Source: Nitrososphaerota archaeon
Lineage (GTDB): Archaea > Thermoproteota > Nitrososphaeria > Nitrososphaerales > UBA57
Direction of reading: 5' to 3'
Assembly (NCBI GenBank): GCA_002713205.1
Contig: PAVW01000016.1
Coordinates: forward strand, 10,434-26,498
DNA: 16,065 nucleotides
Shown in pieces: positions 1-7,452 of the stretch; positions within the stretch are counted from its first letter, which is position 1, and each line of letters opens with the position of its first letter. The notes under the pieces are model-generated. The model saw only the letters and a program-made list of their open reading frames with translations. It made no database searches and was not told where the DNA came from. The position numbers and the translations under genes were made by a program.

Positions 1-20
1 AATATAAGAGGATAAGGAAT

Positions 21-509
21 ATGATACAGAATCTAATTTCGATTTCAATATTAATGCAACTAATGTTCGCAATTATAATTGCATTAGGTGTAATTATAAT
101 TTCAGGAACTGCATACACTCGAATAAAATTCAAAACGGGAAAAAGGGAATTAGATGTAAATGATGTTAGTTTTGGGAGTGATGAAATGTACGAAGAATTG
201 AATAACTACAATTCTAGTGGTAATTTTAATGATGGAATAATATTTGTTTATAAATTATTAAGAAATAACTTATCTAAAATGGAGTCTTTCCCTGATAAAA
301 ATCATTTAACTGAATTTGAAATAATTAATCAGACAGTATCTAAAACTCCAGAGCTTAAGAACATATCAACTTTAATTATAGAAGCGTATAAAAAATACGA
401 GTTAGCAAGATTCAGAGCTATAACAAATTCTTCAGATCTTAATGATATGAACAGCATAACTCGAAACATGACTAAACATAATCACTACATAATTAATACG
501 GTTGAGTGA
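21..509 (+). CDS. Single-pass membrane protein with a possible DUF4129-like C-terminal domain; first gene of the MoxR operon as seen in this window
   Basis: The 162-aa ORF has one N-terminal hydrophobic helix (ISILMQLMFAIIIALGVIIISG). Its C-terminal stretch NHLTEFEI...LIIEAYKKYELARFRAI resembles by eye the DUF4129 pattern (T-x-x-E ... Y-E-x-A-R-Y/F) that usually accompanies MoxR/DUF58 loci. The stop lies 3 nt before the next start. The family call is tentative. Confidence 0.6.
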   Translation: MIQNLISISILMQLMFAIIIALGVIIISGTAYTRIKFKTGKRELDVNDVSFGSDEMYEELNNYNSSGNFNDGIIFVYKLLRNNLSKMESFPDKNHLTEFEIINQTVSKTPELKNISTLIIEAYKKYELARFRAITNSSDLNDMNSITRNMTKHNHYIINTVE

Positions 510-512
510 AAT

Positions 513-851
513 ATGGATTTATTTTTATTATCAATCATTATTGTAACTTCTTCTACATTAATCTATTCATATTATTATCGAAAAAATATACTCACAGATA
601 ATGTTGTTATTAATTACAGTCAAACGTTTCAAGGATTGCTTGGAATAGATCAACAACCTCCGAATTATTTTGAAGCAACGAAAATATTGCGTAATGAAAT
701 TGAAGAATACAGAGTTAGAAATGATCAATTATTAAAAAATGATTCAAGGTTCTTGCAAATAATTAATCGTGAATTAGAAAAAGGAGAAATTAATTATAAA
801 TCATTTATGAAGATGAAAGAACTTCATGCGTTGCATGTGGGAAAGAGGTAA
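513..851 (+). CDS. Small single-pass membrane protein of unknown family
   Basis: The 112-aa ORF has an N-terminal hydrophobic helix (LFLLSIIIVTSSTLIYSYYY) followed by a charged, probably helical tail. It starts 3 nt after the upstream stop. Its TAA (849-851) is in the same reading frame as the downstream MoxR coding sequence. I recognise no motif. Confidence 0.5.
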   Translation: MDLFLLSIIIVTSSTLIYSYYYRKNILTDNVVINYSQTFQGLLGIDQQPPNYFEATKILRNEIEEYRVRNDQLLKNDSRFLQIINRELEKGEINYKSFMKMKELHALHVGKR

Positions 852-947
852 AAAGAACTGACAATTGAAAAAGCTGAAGAATTATTTAATAAAATAGAAA
901 ATAATATTTCAAAAAAGATAGTAGGCAAAACGGACGAGATTAAACTT

Positions 948-1826
948 TTGACTATAGCATTACTATCAGATGGACATGTTATATTAGAAGGCGTGCCAGG
1001 AATAGCTAAAACACTTCTCGCAAAATCATTTGCAGAATCATTAGAATTAGAATTCAAAAGAATTCAGTTAACACCAGATATGCTACCTGCAGATATAACC
1101 GGAACTTTTGTTTATAATGTTAAAGAACAGGACTTTTTCTTTAGAAAAGGTCCCGTATTCGGCAATGTAATTCTGGCAGATGAGATAAATAGAGGGATTC
1201 CAAAAACTCAATCGGCTTTACTGGAAGCAATGCAAGAATATCAAGTCACAGTAGAAGGAAAGACTCATGAGCTTAAAAAGCCATTTTTTGTCATAGCAAC
1301 TCAAAATCCGATTGAGATGCAAGGAACTTATCCTTTGCCTGAAGCTCAGTTAGACCGTTTTATGTTTCGAATAACAATGGAGCTACCATCAAAGAAAGAT
1401 GAAATAAATATTATAAACAAATTTTCGACGGGCGATATATTCATAAATATAAATTCAATAAATTTAGATTTAAAAAAAACAAATAATGAAATATTGCACA
1501 ATGTAAAAATATCTAATGAAATAAAAGAATACATAGTTGAGTTATTAGCAGCCACAAGAAATGACTCGGAAAAAATTCTACTTGGGGCAAGTCCTAGAGC
1601 AACAGTACATTTGTTTCAAGCAAGTAAAACATTGGCGGCTATAAATGGTCGAGATTATGTAATTCCGGATGATGTTAAATCACTCTTATTTCCACTATTA
1701 AATCACAGATTATTACTAAACCCAGACTATCTCATAAAAAATACGGATCCGTCGAGGCCATATAATTACGATGTTGTTAAAAAGCTAATTTCAGAAATAA
1801 GCACTGCTGCATCACCACCAAGATGA
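948..1826 (+). CDS. moxR: MoxR-family (MRP-like) AAA+ ATPase; the true 5' end is probably near 852-864, not 948
   Basis: Motifs seen: Walker A GVPGIAKT (990-1013), Walker B VILADE (1167-1184), the MoxR signature RIQLTPDMLPADITG, sensor-1 VIATQNP, PEAQLDRF and sensor-2 GASPRA. Position 948 is a TTG. The same frame reads open back to the TAA at 849-851 and encodes KELTIEKAEELFNKIENNISKKIVGKTDEIKLL, which looks like the conserved MoxR N-terminal helix plus the 'IVG' motif. Confidence 0.9.
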   Translation: MTIALLSDGHVILEGVPGIAKTLLAKSFAESLELEFKRIQLTPDMLPADITGTFVYNVKEQDFFFRKGPVFGNVILADEINRGIPKTQSALLEAMQEYQVTVEGKTHELKKPFFVIATQNPIEMQGTYPLPEAQLDRFMFRITMELPSKKDEINIINKFSTGDIFININSINLDLKKTNNEILHNVKISNEIKEYIVELLAATRNDSEKILLGASPRATVHLFQASKTLAAINGRDYVIPDDVKSLLFPLLNHRLLLNPDYLIKNTDPSRPYNYDVVKKLISEISTAASPPR

Positions 1827-1832
1827 GTAATT

Positions 1833-3134
1833 ATGATAACCAATAGAGGTTATTTAGTTATTAGTGCGGTATTTGTTTTCCTTACAATTTCAGCTTTGGC
1901 AAATGAAATACAGTTTCTTACAATTTCAATTTTTTTATTTTCTTTGATTCTTGTTGAATTTGGAATATACTTGGTTTCTCTTTATGATTTCAATAATATA
2001 GATGTAAAAACGACGACATCAAAATCTAGAATATTCTTGGGAGATGAGGTATTAATTAAGACTACATTTACACATGATGGTAAAAGAGGAATTAACCAAG
2101 TATTAATGATAGATCATATACCGACTGGTTTGTTATCAATAGAAAAGAAAAGCGATTCAATAATTAGTCTTAAAGCAGGAACGGAATATTCTATCAATTT
2201 TAGAGTAAAATCCTTACAGATGGGTAAATGGAATGTAGGAAAATTTACACTTGCAACAACTGATAAATTTGGTATTTTTATGAATAAAAGAAATATTGAA
2301 AATCAGTGTAATATTGGAGTTCTCCCCATCATCAGAATGGGAAAAAGAAAAGCGCAAGCTAGAATTCAAAGTGGTTCATTTCCAACTAGAGCCAAACGAG
2401 ATCCACGTGGAACCGAATTTACCGGAATTAGAGAATACTATACAGGAGATGATTATAGGGCAATTGCATGGAAACAAATGGCAAAGACACCTCAGCACAA
2501 TCCATTGATTAAACAATATGAATTTGATCAAGAAATAGGATTAATATTTGTCATTGGTAATTCAGAATTTACAAATGACGGACAAATAGGCAATCGTAAG
2601 TTAGACGTAGCAATAGATGCAGCTTTATCTCTTGGCTCAATAGTCAATTCATCAGGTGGGAAATTCAATGTTATTTTTAGCCAAAATAGTAAACCGACTA
2701 TGGTAAGTGGAAGTGTTTATGAATTATGTAATAGATTATACCAAATCACACCAGATAAAAAATTCAATGTAGAAAATCTAATGAATTTCTCTTTGCCGTT
2801 TGCTAAACAATCATCTTTAGTTTTATTTTTAATGGATTCATCATACCCCAATTTAATTGAACCAAAAATGTTTATACAGAAATACACAGATTTAAGAAAT
2901 ATCAGAACATTCTTCTTTGACACATCAACATTTCACAATAAAAAATCAAAAAACAATCAAAATGATGATGCGTATGATTTGATTATTAAAAGAGAAACGA
3001 AGCATTTAAAACAACAAGTAAAGATATTACGTTCGTATAAAATATCTGCCGATATTTGTACAAAAACGAATACATCAAATAAGCTAGTAAATAGCATTTC
3101 AGAAAATAGAATATTATTGGAGAGTTTTTCTTGA
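1833..3134 (+). CDS. DUF58 family protein, the membrane-anchored partner of MoxR with a VWA-like C-terminal part
   Basis: The hallmark DUF58 motif EFTGIREYYTGDDYRAIAWKQMAK lies at 2415-2486. Two N-terminal TM helices and a beta-sandwich-like segment (IFLGDEVLIKTTFTHDG...) are typical of the family. The gene starts 6 nt after the moxR stop and overlaps the next gene by 4 nt. Confidence 0.9.
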   Translation: MITNRGYLVISAVFVFLTISALANEIQFLTISIFLFSLILVEFGIYLVSLYDFNNIDVKTTTSKSRIFLGDEVLIKTTFTHDGKRGINQVLMIDHIPTGLLSIEKKSDSIISLKAGTEYSINFRVKSLQMGKWNVGKFTLATTDKFGIFMNKRNIENQCNIGVLPIIRMGKRKAQARIQSGSFPTRAKRDPRGTEFTGIREYYTGDDYRAIAWKQMAKTPQHNPLIKQYEFDQEIGLIFVIGNSEFTNDGQIGNRKLDVAIDAALSLGSIVNSSGGKFNVIFSQNSKPTMVSGSVYELCNRLYQITPDKKFNVENLMNFSLPFAKQSSLVLFLMDSSYPNLIEPKMFIQKYTDLRNIRTFFFDTSTFHNKKSKNNQNDDAYDLIIKRETKHLKQQVKILRSYKISADICTKTNTSNKLVNSISENRILLESFS

Positions 3135-4099
3135 GATTTTTATTATCAGGTGTAATCTTACTTGGTTTGTCTTTTCCTTACATTATTCAATTTATTATTT
3201 ATGATTATCAGATGTTCGTCATATTAGTTTTAAAGAACATCATATCTGGAAATTTATCATCAATATCTTCATTCATGGCATTTGCAGCAATTATCGCTTA
3301 TGCATTTAGAATAAAACAAGGTCCAGGATCATTGCAAGATTCTCTAATTATCACCACATTGACTATGCCTGTAGTCTTTCCTTCATTGGTAATGATCGGG
3401 ATAATAATTTCTCAGGGTGGGCAGATTTCATCAGAATATTTTAGAGCTGCTTCAGATCTTTATCTAGTAGGTATAACGTCACTAGTCATAGCACTTCCAT
3501 TTATAGGAATCATAAATCAATGGTATAATGGGCTAAAATCACGAGGATCGCCATTTTCACAGATTGTTGCTACAATGATAATATTTAGTTTAATTAACTT
3601 TGTATTCATCTCAGCAAGTTTTTCAGAAGAAATTACATTAGCATCAGAACAATTAAAAATTCACGGAGTAAATATAATTCTAGATGGCATTTTTGCATTG
3701 CAATTGGTATTAAATAACATTTTACAGACAGGCAATCCTGTTATTCCACAAAACATTACAGCAAACGTACGACCATACTTTTCCCCAATCATTGGTGGAA
3801 CAGTATTTGGAATTTCTTCAGCGTTTTATTTGTACTTTAGACTATACAGAAAATATTCAGAAGATGAGAAATCAATTAATTCATTAACAAAAAAAAGTCC
3901 TTTATTAAAATTAGATAATCTTGGTCATATATCTAGAATTATTATGGTTGGAATTATTATTAATTTTATAATAATAATTGGCGCATCATTTTTTATTGAA
4001 GCAATGGATCTTATTTTGAAATCTACAGTTCTGTTCTTAATGTTCTTATTCATGATTGGAATAGTAAGTGAAAAAACTATAAAGAGGTCCGGGCTATGA
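3131..4099 (+). CDS. Polytopic integral membrane protein of unknown family
   Basis: The 322-aa ORF has at least eight long hydrophobic segments. Its TTG start forms a TTGA overlap with the DUF58 stop, and its stop forms an ATGA overlap with the next gene. I recognise no family motif and see no transglutaminase Cys-His-Asp signature. Confidence 0.7.
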   Translation: MRFLLSGVILLGLSFPYIIQFIIYDYQMFVILVLKNIISGNLSSISSFMAFAAIIAYAFRIKQGPGSLQDSLIITTLTMPVVFPSLVMIGIIISQGGQISSEYFRAASDLYLVGITSLVIALPFIGIINQWYNGLKSRGSPFSQIVATMIIFSLINFVFISASFSEEITLASEQLKIHGVNIILDGIFALQLVLNNILQTGNPVIPQNITANVRPYFSPIIGGTVFGISSAFYLYFRLYRKYSEDEKSINSLTKKSPLLKLDNLGHISRIIMVGIIINFIIIIGASFFIEAMDLILKSTVLFLMFLFMIGIVSEKTIKRSGL

Positions 4100-5778
4100 A
4101 AAATATAGTTATCTTTTTAATTTTAATATCGACGCTTATCCCTACTACAGTAGCTACACAAGAAGATCCATTATTAATTAGAATCGGGTATTCACCTGAA
4201 AAATTATTTAACTCAGATATAGGCGTGCCTTCATTCATACAAAATGAAGATTTGTGGATTCATCCAAATAAGCAAATCAATGTAAAGTTAATTGATCCTA
4301 TAGGCAATATTGCAATTAATTCAAAAATTGATACGCATCCAAGTTTAATATACAAATTTCAGAATAATGACCATATAGGAACATGGGAATTAAATATTAA
4401 TGACAAATATTCATATTCAATAGAATTATCAGAACAATCCTTGAGTAAAATTAACCATAATGAAGAATTTCATCTAATTAATAACACAGTATCAATAAAT
4501 GGAGTATTTGAGACTAATTTTAAAGAAATACCAACTTCAACTGAAGTAATCATTAATAAAAAAAGGCAAAGTGGATTATTTGAAGTTCCAACATCTACAT
4601 CAATAGATGGCAATAATATAAGATTACAAATTTCTCATAGTCAAAAACAGAACGGAGTAGAAATTTATGTGTATCCATTTCTAGATGTTGAAGAACAACA
4701 AGTAGAAGTTGGAGAATCACTCAATATAGAAAATCAAAATATATTTGTTTGGGCTGAAATTACGTCAGAGGTTTCTTTAATAAAGAATTCTGGTAAATCG
4801 AGATTTATAACATATATTGATGAAGAAATTACAAAGACAGCAAGAATTAACCTTCCAATTGTAAACATTCCAAGTTCTTCATTAAACATATCATTACCGA
4901 GTTTAGGTAAATCAAATAATCCATGGACTATACCATTGAAATACGGAAGAGCAGAACTTTCGATATATTTGGAACATGACGGTAAATTAGGAGTAGAAAG
5001 AATACCAATAATTATTATACCTGAAAAATTAATTATAAATCCGGATAGAATAATTCAATTGAGTGCGTTTGAAAAGTCATTACTATACAATACAGAACTA
5101 GAAATATCCAATGATTTAGAAATAGAATTTGTTTTAATAACAAAAATAAATGGAATAGACAAATTATTGTATTTTTCAAAGTCTCCATCAATCAGTAAAA
5201 TATTTGTTCATAATAGATTAACTAACGAGAGATTAAATAATTATGAGTTAGTATTTAGTGAATTTATTGAAAAAGCAAAATTGAATGAGATAACATACAT
5301 ATTAACTCAAACAAATAAAATCAGTGTTAATATATTAATTAATTCATTTCAAGTAGAAAAATCATCATATGAACCAAAATTATTGGAAATTGAACAAAAT
5401 AAAGATGTCATTATAACAACCGCTGCAGGAATGGCAAATATTAGAATTTTCGATGCATTGGGATTAATTGAAGAAAATGGAGAAATTGTCATTTCAAGAG
5501 CAGACAATAACAATCTAGAAGAACAACTAGTAGTAAATTGGACAGGAAATGAGATACAAGTATTACTTCCCCAAGGTAAATATCTAGCAACAGTTGATAT
5601 CAATAATGTCAAAGGCATAATAGAATTCCAAGTTGAGCAATCAGAAAACCAGGTAGATATAATGTTGAATTCATTCTATGGAATATCAACAAATATTTGG
5701 ATATTCATTTTATCAACCATAATAACGATTGAATTAGGATTTGCATTTATGGTTTGGAAAAAAGCGTTGAATAACTAA
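4096..5778 (+). CDS. Large exported protein with a C-terminal membrane anchor, unknown family
   Basis: The 560-aa ORF has a signal-peptide-like N-terminus (MKNIVIFLILISTLIPTTVAT|QEDP). A long hydrophilic body rich in beta-type sequence follows. The C-terminus is a TM helix with a short basic tail (IWIFILSTIITIELGFAFMVWKKALNN). It is translationally coupled (ATGA) to the upstream gene. Confidence 0.75.
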   Translation: MKNIVIFLILISTLIPTTVATQEDPLLIRIGYSPEKLFNSDIGVPSFIQNEDLWIHPNKQINVKLIDPIGNIAINSKIDTHPSLIYKFQNNDHIGTWELNINDKYSYSIELSEQSLSKINHNEEFHLINNTVSINGVFETNFKEIPTSTEVIINKKRQSGLFEVPTSTSIDGNNIRLQISHSQKQNGVEIYVYPFLDVEEQQVEVGESLNIENQNIFVWAEITSEVSLIKNSGKSRFITYIDEEITKTARINLPIVNIPSSSLNISLPSLGKSNNPWTIPLKYGRAELSIYLEHDGKLGVERIPIIIIPEKLIINPDRIIQLSAFEKSLLYNTELEISNDLEIEFVLITKINGIDKLLYFSKSPSISKIFVHNRLTNERLNNYELVFSEFIEKAKLNEITYILTQTNKISVNILINSFQVEKSSYEPKLLEIEQNKDVIITTAAGMANIRIFDALGLIEENGEIVISRADNNNLEEQLVVNWTGNEIQVLLPQGKYLATVDINNVKGIIEFQVEQSENQVDIMLNSFYGISTNIWIFILSTIITIELGFAFMVWKKALNN

Positions 5779-5781
5779 AAA
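5758..5781 (-). terminator. Oligo-T tracts (T5 then T6 on the minus strand) immediately after the citrate synthase stop
   Basis: The minus strand reads TAA-TTTTTAGTTATTCAACGCTTTTTT. The T6 is the complement of the AAAAAA Lys-Lys codons in the tail of the convergent 560-aa gene. Confidence 0.3.
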
Positions 5782-6906
5782 TTAACGATCTTTCAATGGA
5801 ATAAATGTTCTGGATTTATAACCAATATAATTTGCGCGTGGACGTATCAATCTATTATCAACATATTGTTCAAGAATTTGAGCACACCAACCAGAAATAC
5901 GTGAAACTGCAAAAATAGGGGTAAAAAGATGAGACGGAATATTCAACATCGTATAGACAGAAGCAGCGTAAAAATCAACATTAGGTTTTAAATTTTTTTC
6001 ACGGTCCATTATATTTTCGATTTCCATAGATATATCATAAAGGACGCCACCGTAATCAGATTGAAGTTGTTTAGACATATTACAAAGAATTACAGCTCGA
6101 GGATCTATAGTTTTGTATACTCTATGGCCAAATCCCATAATTCGATCCTTTTTCTTCAATTTATCAAGAATATAATTCTGAGCATTTTCAGGCTTTTTAA
6201 TTTCATTTAGCATTATCATTACAGCTTCATTTGCACCACCATGTAAAGGACCTTTTAATGTTCCAATAGCTGATGTGATAGCAGAATATACATCAGATAA
6301 AGTAGATGCAGTTACTCGAGCAGCAAAAGTTGAAGCATTTAGACCATGATCAGCATGAATAATTAAGCATTTATCAAATATCCGTGTAAAAGAATCGTCA
6401 GGTAATTTACCTTTCAACATATACAAGAAATTTGCAGCTATATCCAAGTCTGGATTAGGTTCTATAAGTTCTTGGTTGTGTCTTATTCTTTCAGAGTAAC
6501 ACAAAATAGTGGGAATTTTTGCTAATAATTTAATTGATGCATTCATCCTTGAATCTGAACTTGTATCTAATAAATCAGAATCAAAAGAAGATAGGTATGA
6601 AACACAAGTACGCAATAAATCCATGGTAGAAGATTCTTTAGGAGATTGTCGGATTAAGGAAATTAATTGTGGTGGAATATGACGATTCTGATTAATTTTA
6701 GCTTTAAAATTGTCAAGTTCATTAATAGATGGTAACGATCCATGCCATAATAAAAAAATAACCTCTTCAAAGCTACAATTTGATGTAAGATTAGAAATAT
6801 CGTAGCCGCAATAAGATAACTTGCCACTAGAGCCATCAATGAGAGTTAATTCACTTGAAGTGACAACAATATCGTCTAGACCCTTACTATTTTTATCAGT
6901 ACTCAA
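5782..6906 (-). CDS. gltA: Citrate synthase; a 2-methylcitrate synthase cannot be excluded
   Basis: Family motifs seen: GFGHRVYKTIDPRA, IHADHGLNASTFA and KPNVDFYAASVY, plus the N-terminal KGLDDIVV..S.LTLIDG..GKLSYCGYDI. The start is TTG (6904-6906). An in-frame stop lies 10 codons upstream with no ATG or GTG in between. Confidence 0.93.
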   Translation of the reverse strand: MSTDKNSKGLDDIVVTSSELTLIDGSSGKLSYCGYDISNLTSNCSFEEVIFLLWHGSLPSINELDNFKAKINQNRHIPPQLISLIRQSPKESSTMDLLRTCVSYLSSFDSDLLDTSSDSRMNASIKLLAKIPTILCYSERIRHNQELIEPNPDLDIAANFLYMLKGKLPDDSFTRIFDKCLIIHADHGLNASTFAARVTASTLSDVYSAITSAIGTLKGPLHGGANEAVMIMLNEIKKPENAQNYILDKLKKKDRIMGFGHRVYKTIDPRAVILCNMSKQLQSDYGGVLYDISMEIENIMDREKNLKPNVDFYAASVYTMLNIPSHLFTPIFAVSRISGWCAQILEQYVDNRLIRPRANYIGYKSRTFIPLKDR

Positions 6907-6933
6907 TATTTCACCATAAACAAGATTGATAGT

Positions 6934-6941
6934 ATTTTAAA
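6934..6941 (-). promoter_or_regulatory. Candidate TATA box (TTTAAAAT on the minus strand) for citrate synthase
   Basis: The element is centred about 31 nt upstream of the TTG start at 6906, within the 77-bp divergent intergenic region. A second AT-rich element, TTAAATAAA (6944-6952), lies about 36 nt upstream of the ferredoxin ATG. Confidence 0.25.
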
Positions 6942-6983
6942 TCTTAAATAAATGGTTTGATTAATCCATAGTGTAAAGTAGAA

Positions 6984-7412
6984 ATGCAACTTCGTAACCT
7001 AATTTTAGATTTATCATTATTTTCCATAGGTTTAACTCTAACCATTTTAGGTTCTTCTCTATATAGTGGAAGATGGATAATAATGCTAATTGGTATAATC
7101 ATGGTAATAATACCAATAAAAAGGTCTAATCTTGGGAGTTTTTCAAAAGTTCAAGGAATAAATGAAATAGATATCAAAGTAGAGATAGACAAAGATTCAT
7201 GCATGGGAGTAGGTAGTTGTGTTTCAATAGCCCCGCAAGTATTCAAAATCGATGAATCCAGTTTAAAATCATCTTTTATGGCCTATGCTCCACTTAAATT
7301 GCTAGATGAACATGGAGCAAGCAATCAAACCATATTAGAAGCAGCTCAATCTTGTCCATATAAAGCAATAATAGTCAATAATAAGGATAATGATGAAAAA
7401 ATTTTTCCGTAA
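6984..7412 (+). CDS. Membrane-anchored single-cluster ferredoxin, probably [3Fe-4S]
   Basis: Two N-terminal hydrophobic helices span roughly aa 5-45. The C-terminal domain (about nt 7173-7409) reads VEIDKDSCMGVGSCVSIAPQVF...EAAQSCPYKAIIV, which matches the C-x2-X-x2-C...C-P single-cluster ferredoxin pattern of the Pyrococcus/Thermotoga type. The usual second ligand position is Val, and the whole protein has only three Cys (73, 79, 124). Confidence 0.75.
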   Translation: MQLRNLILDLSLFSIGLTLTILGSSLYSGRWIIMLIGIIMVIIPIKRSNLGSFSKVQGINEIDIKVEIDKDSCMGVGSCVSIAPQVFKIDESSLKSSFMAYAPLKLLDEHGASNQTILEAAQSCPYKAIIVNNKDNDEKIFP

Positions 7413-7452
7413 AAGGCCATCATCCATTAAGCAAATATTTTAGAACAACCGA

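Noticed and set aside
824-1057. A 77-aa minus-strand ORF overlapping the moxR 5' region. The same applies to 1346-1555, 2717-2923, 5349-5618 and 8159-8404.
   Set aside because: These ORFs are all nested antisense inside longer ORFs that have strong family motifs or clear membrane-protein character. Their translations are low-complexity Ile/Asn/Ser/Phe-rich, as expected from the reverse complement of AT-rich coding sequence. They show no motifs and no plausible start context.
2296-2508. A 70-aa same-strand, alternative-frame ORF inside the DUF58 gene.
   Set aside because: It overlaps the most conserved part of DUF58 (the EFTGIREYYTGDDYRAIAW motif), which fixes the real frame. Nothing supports dual coding.
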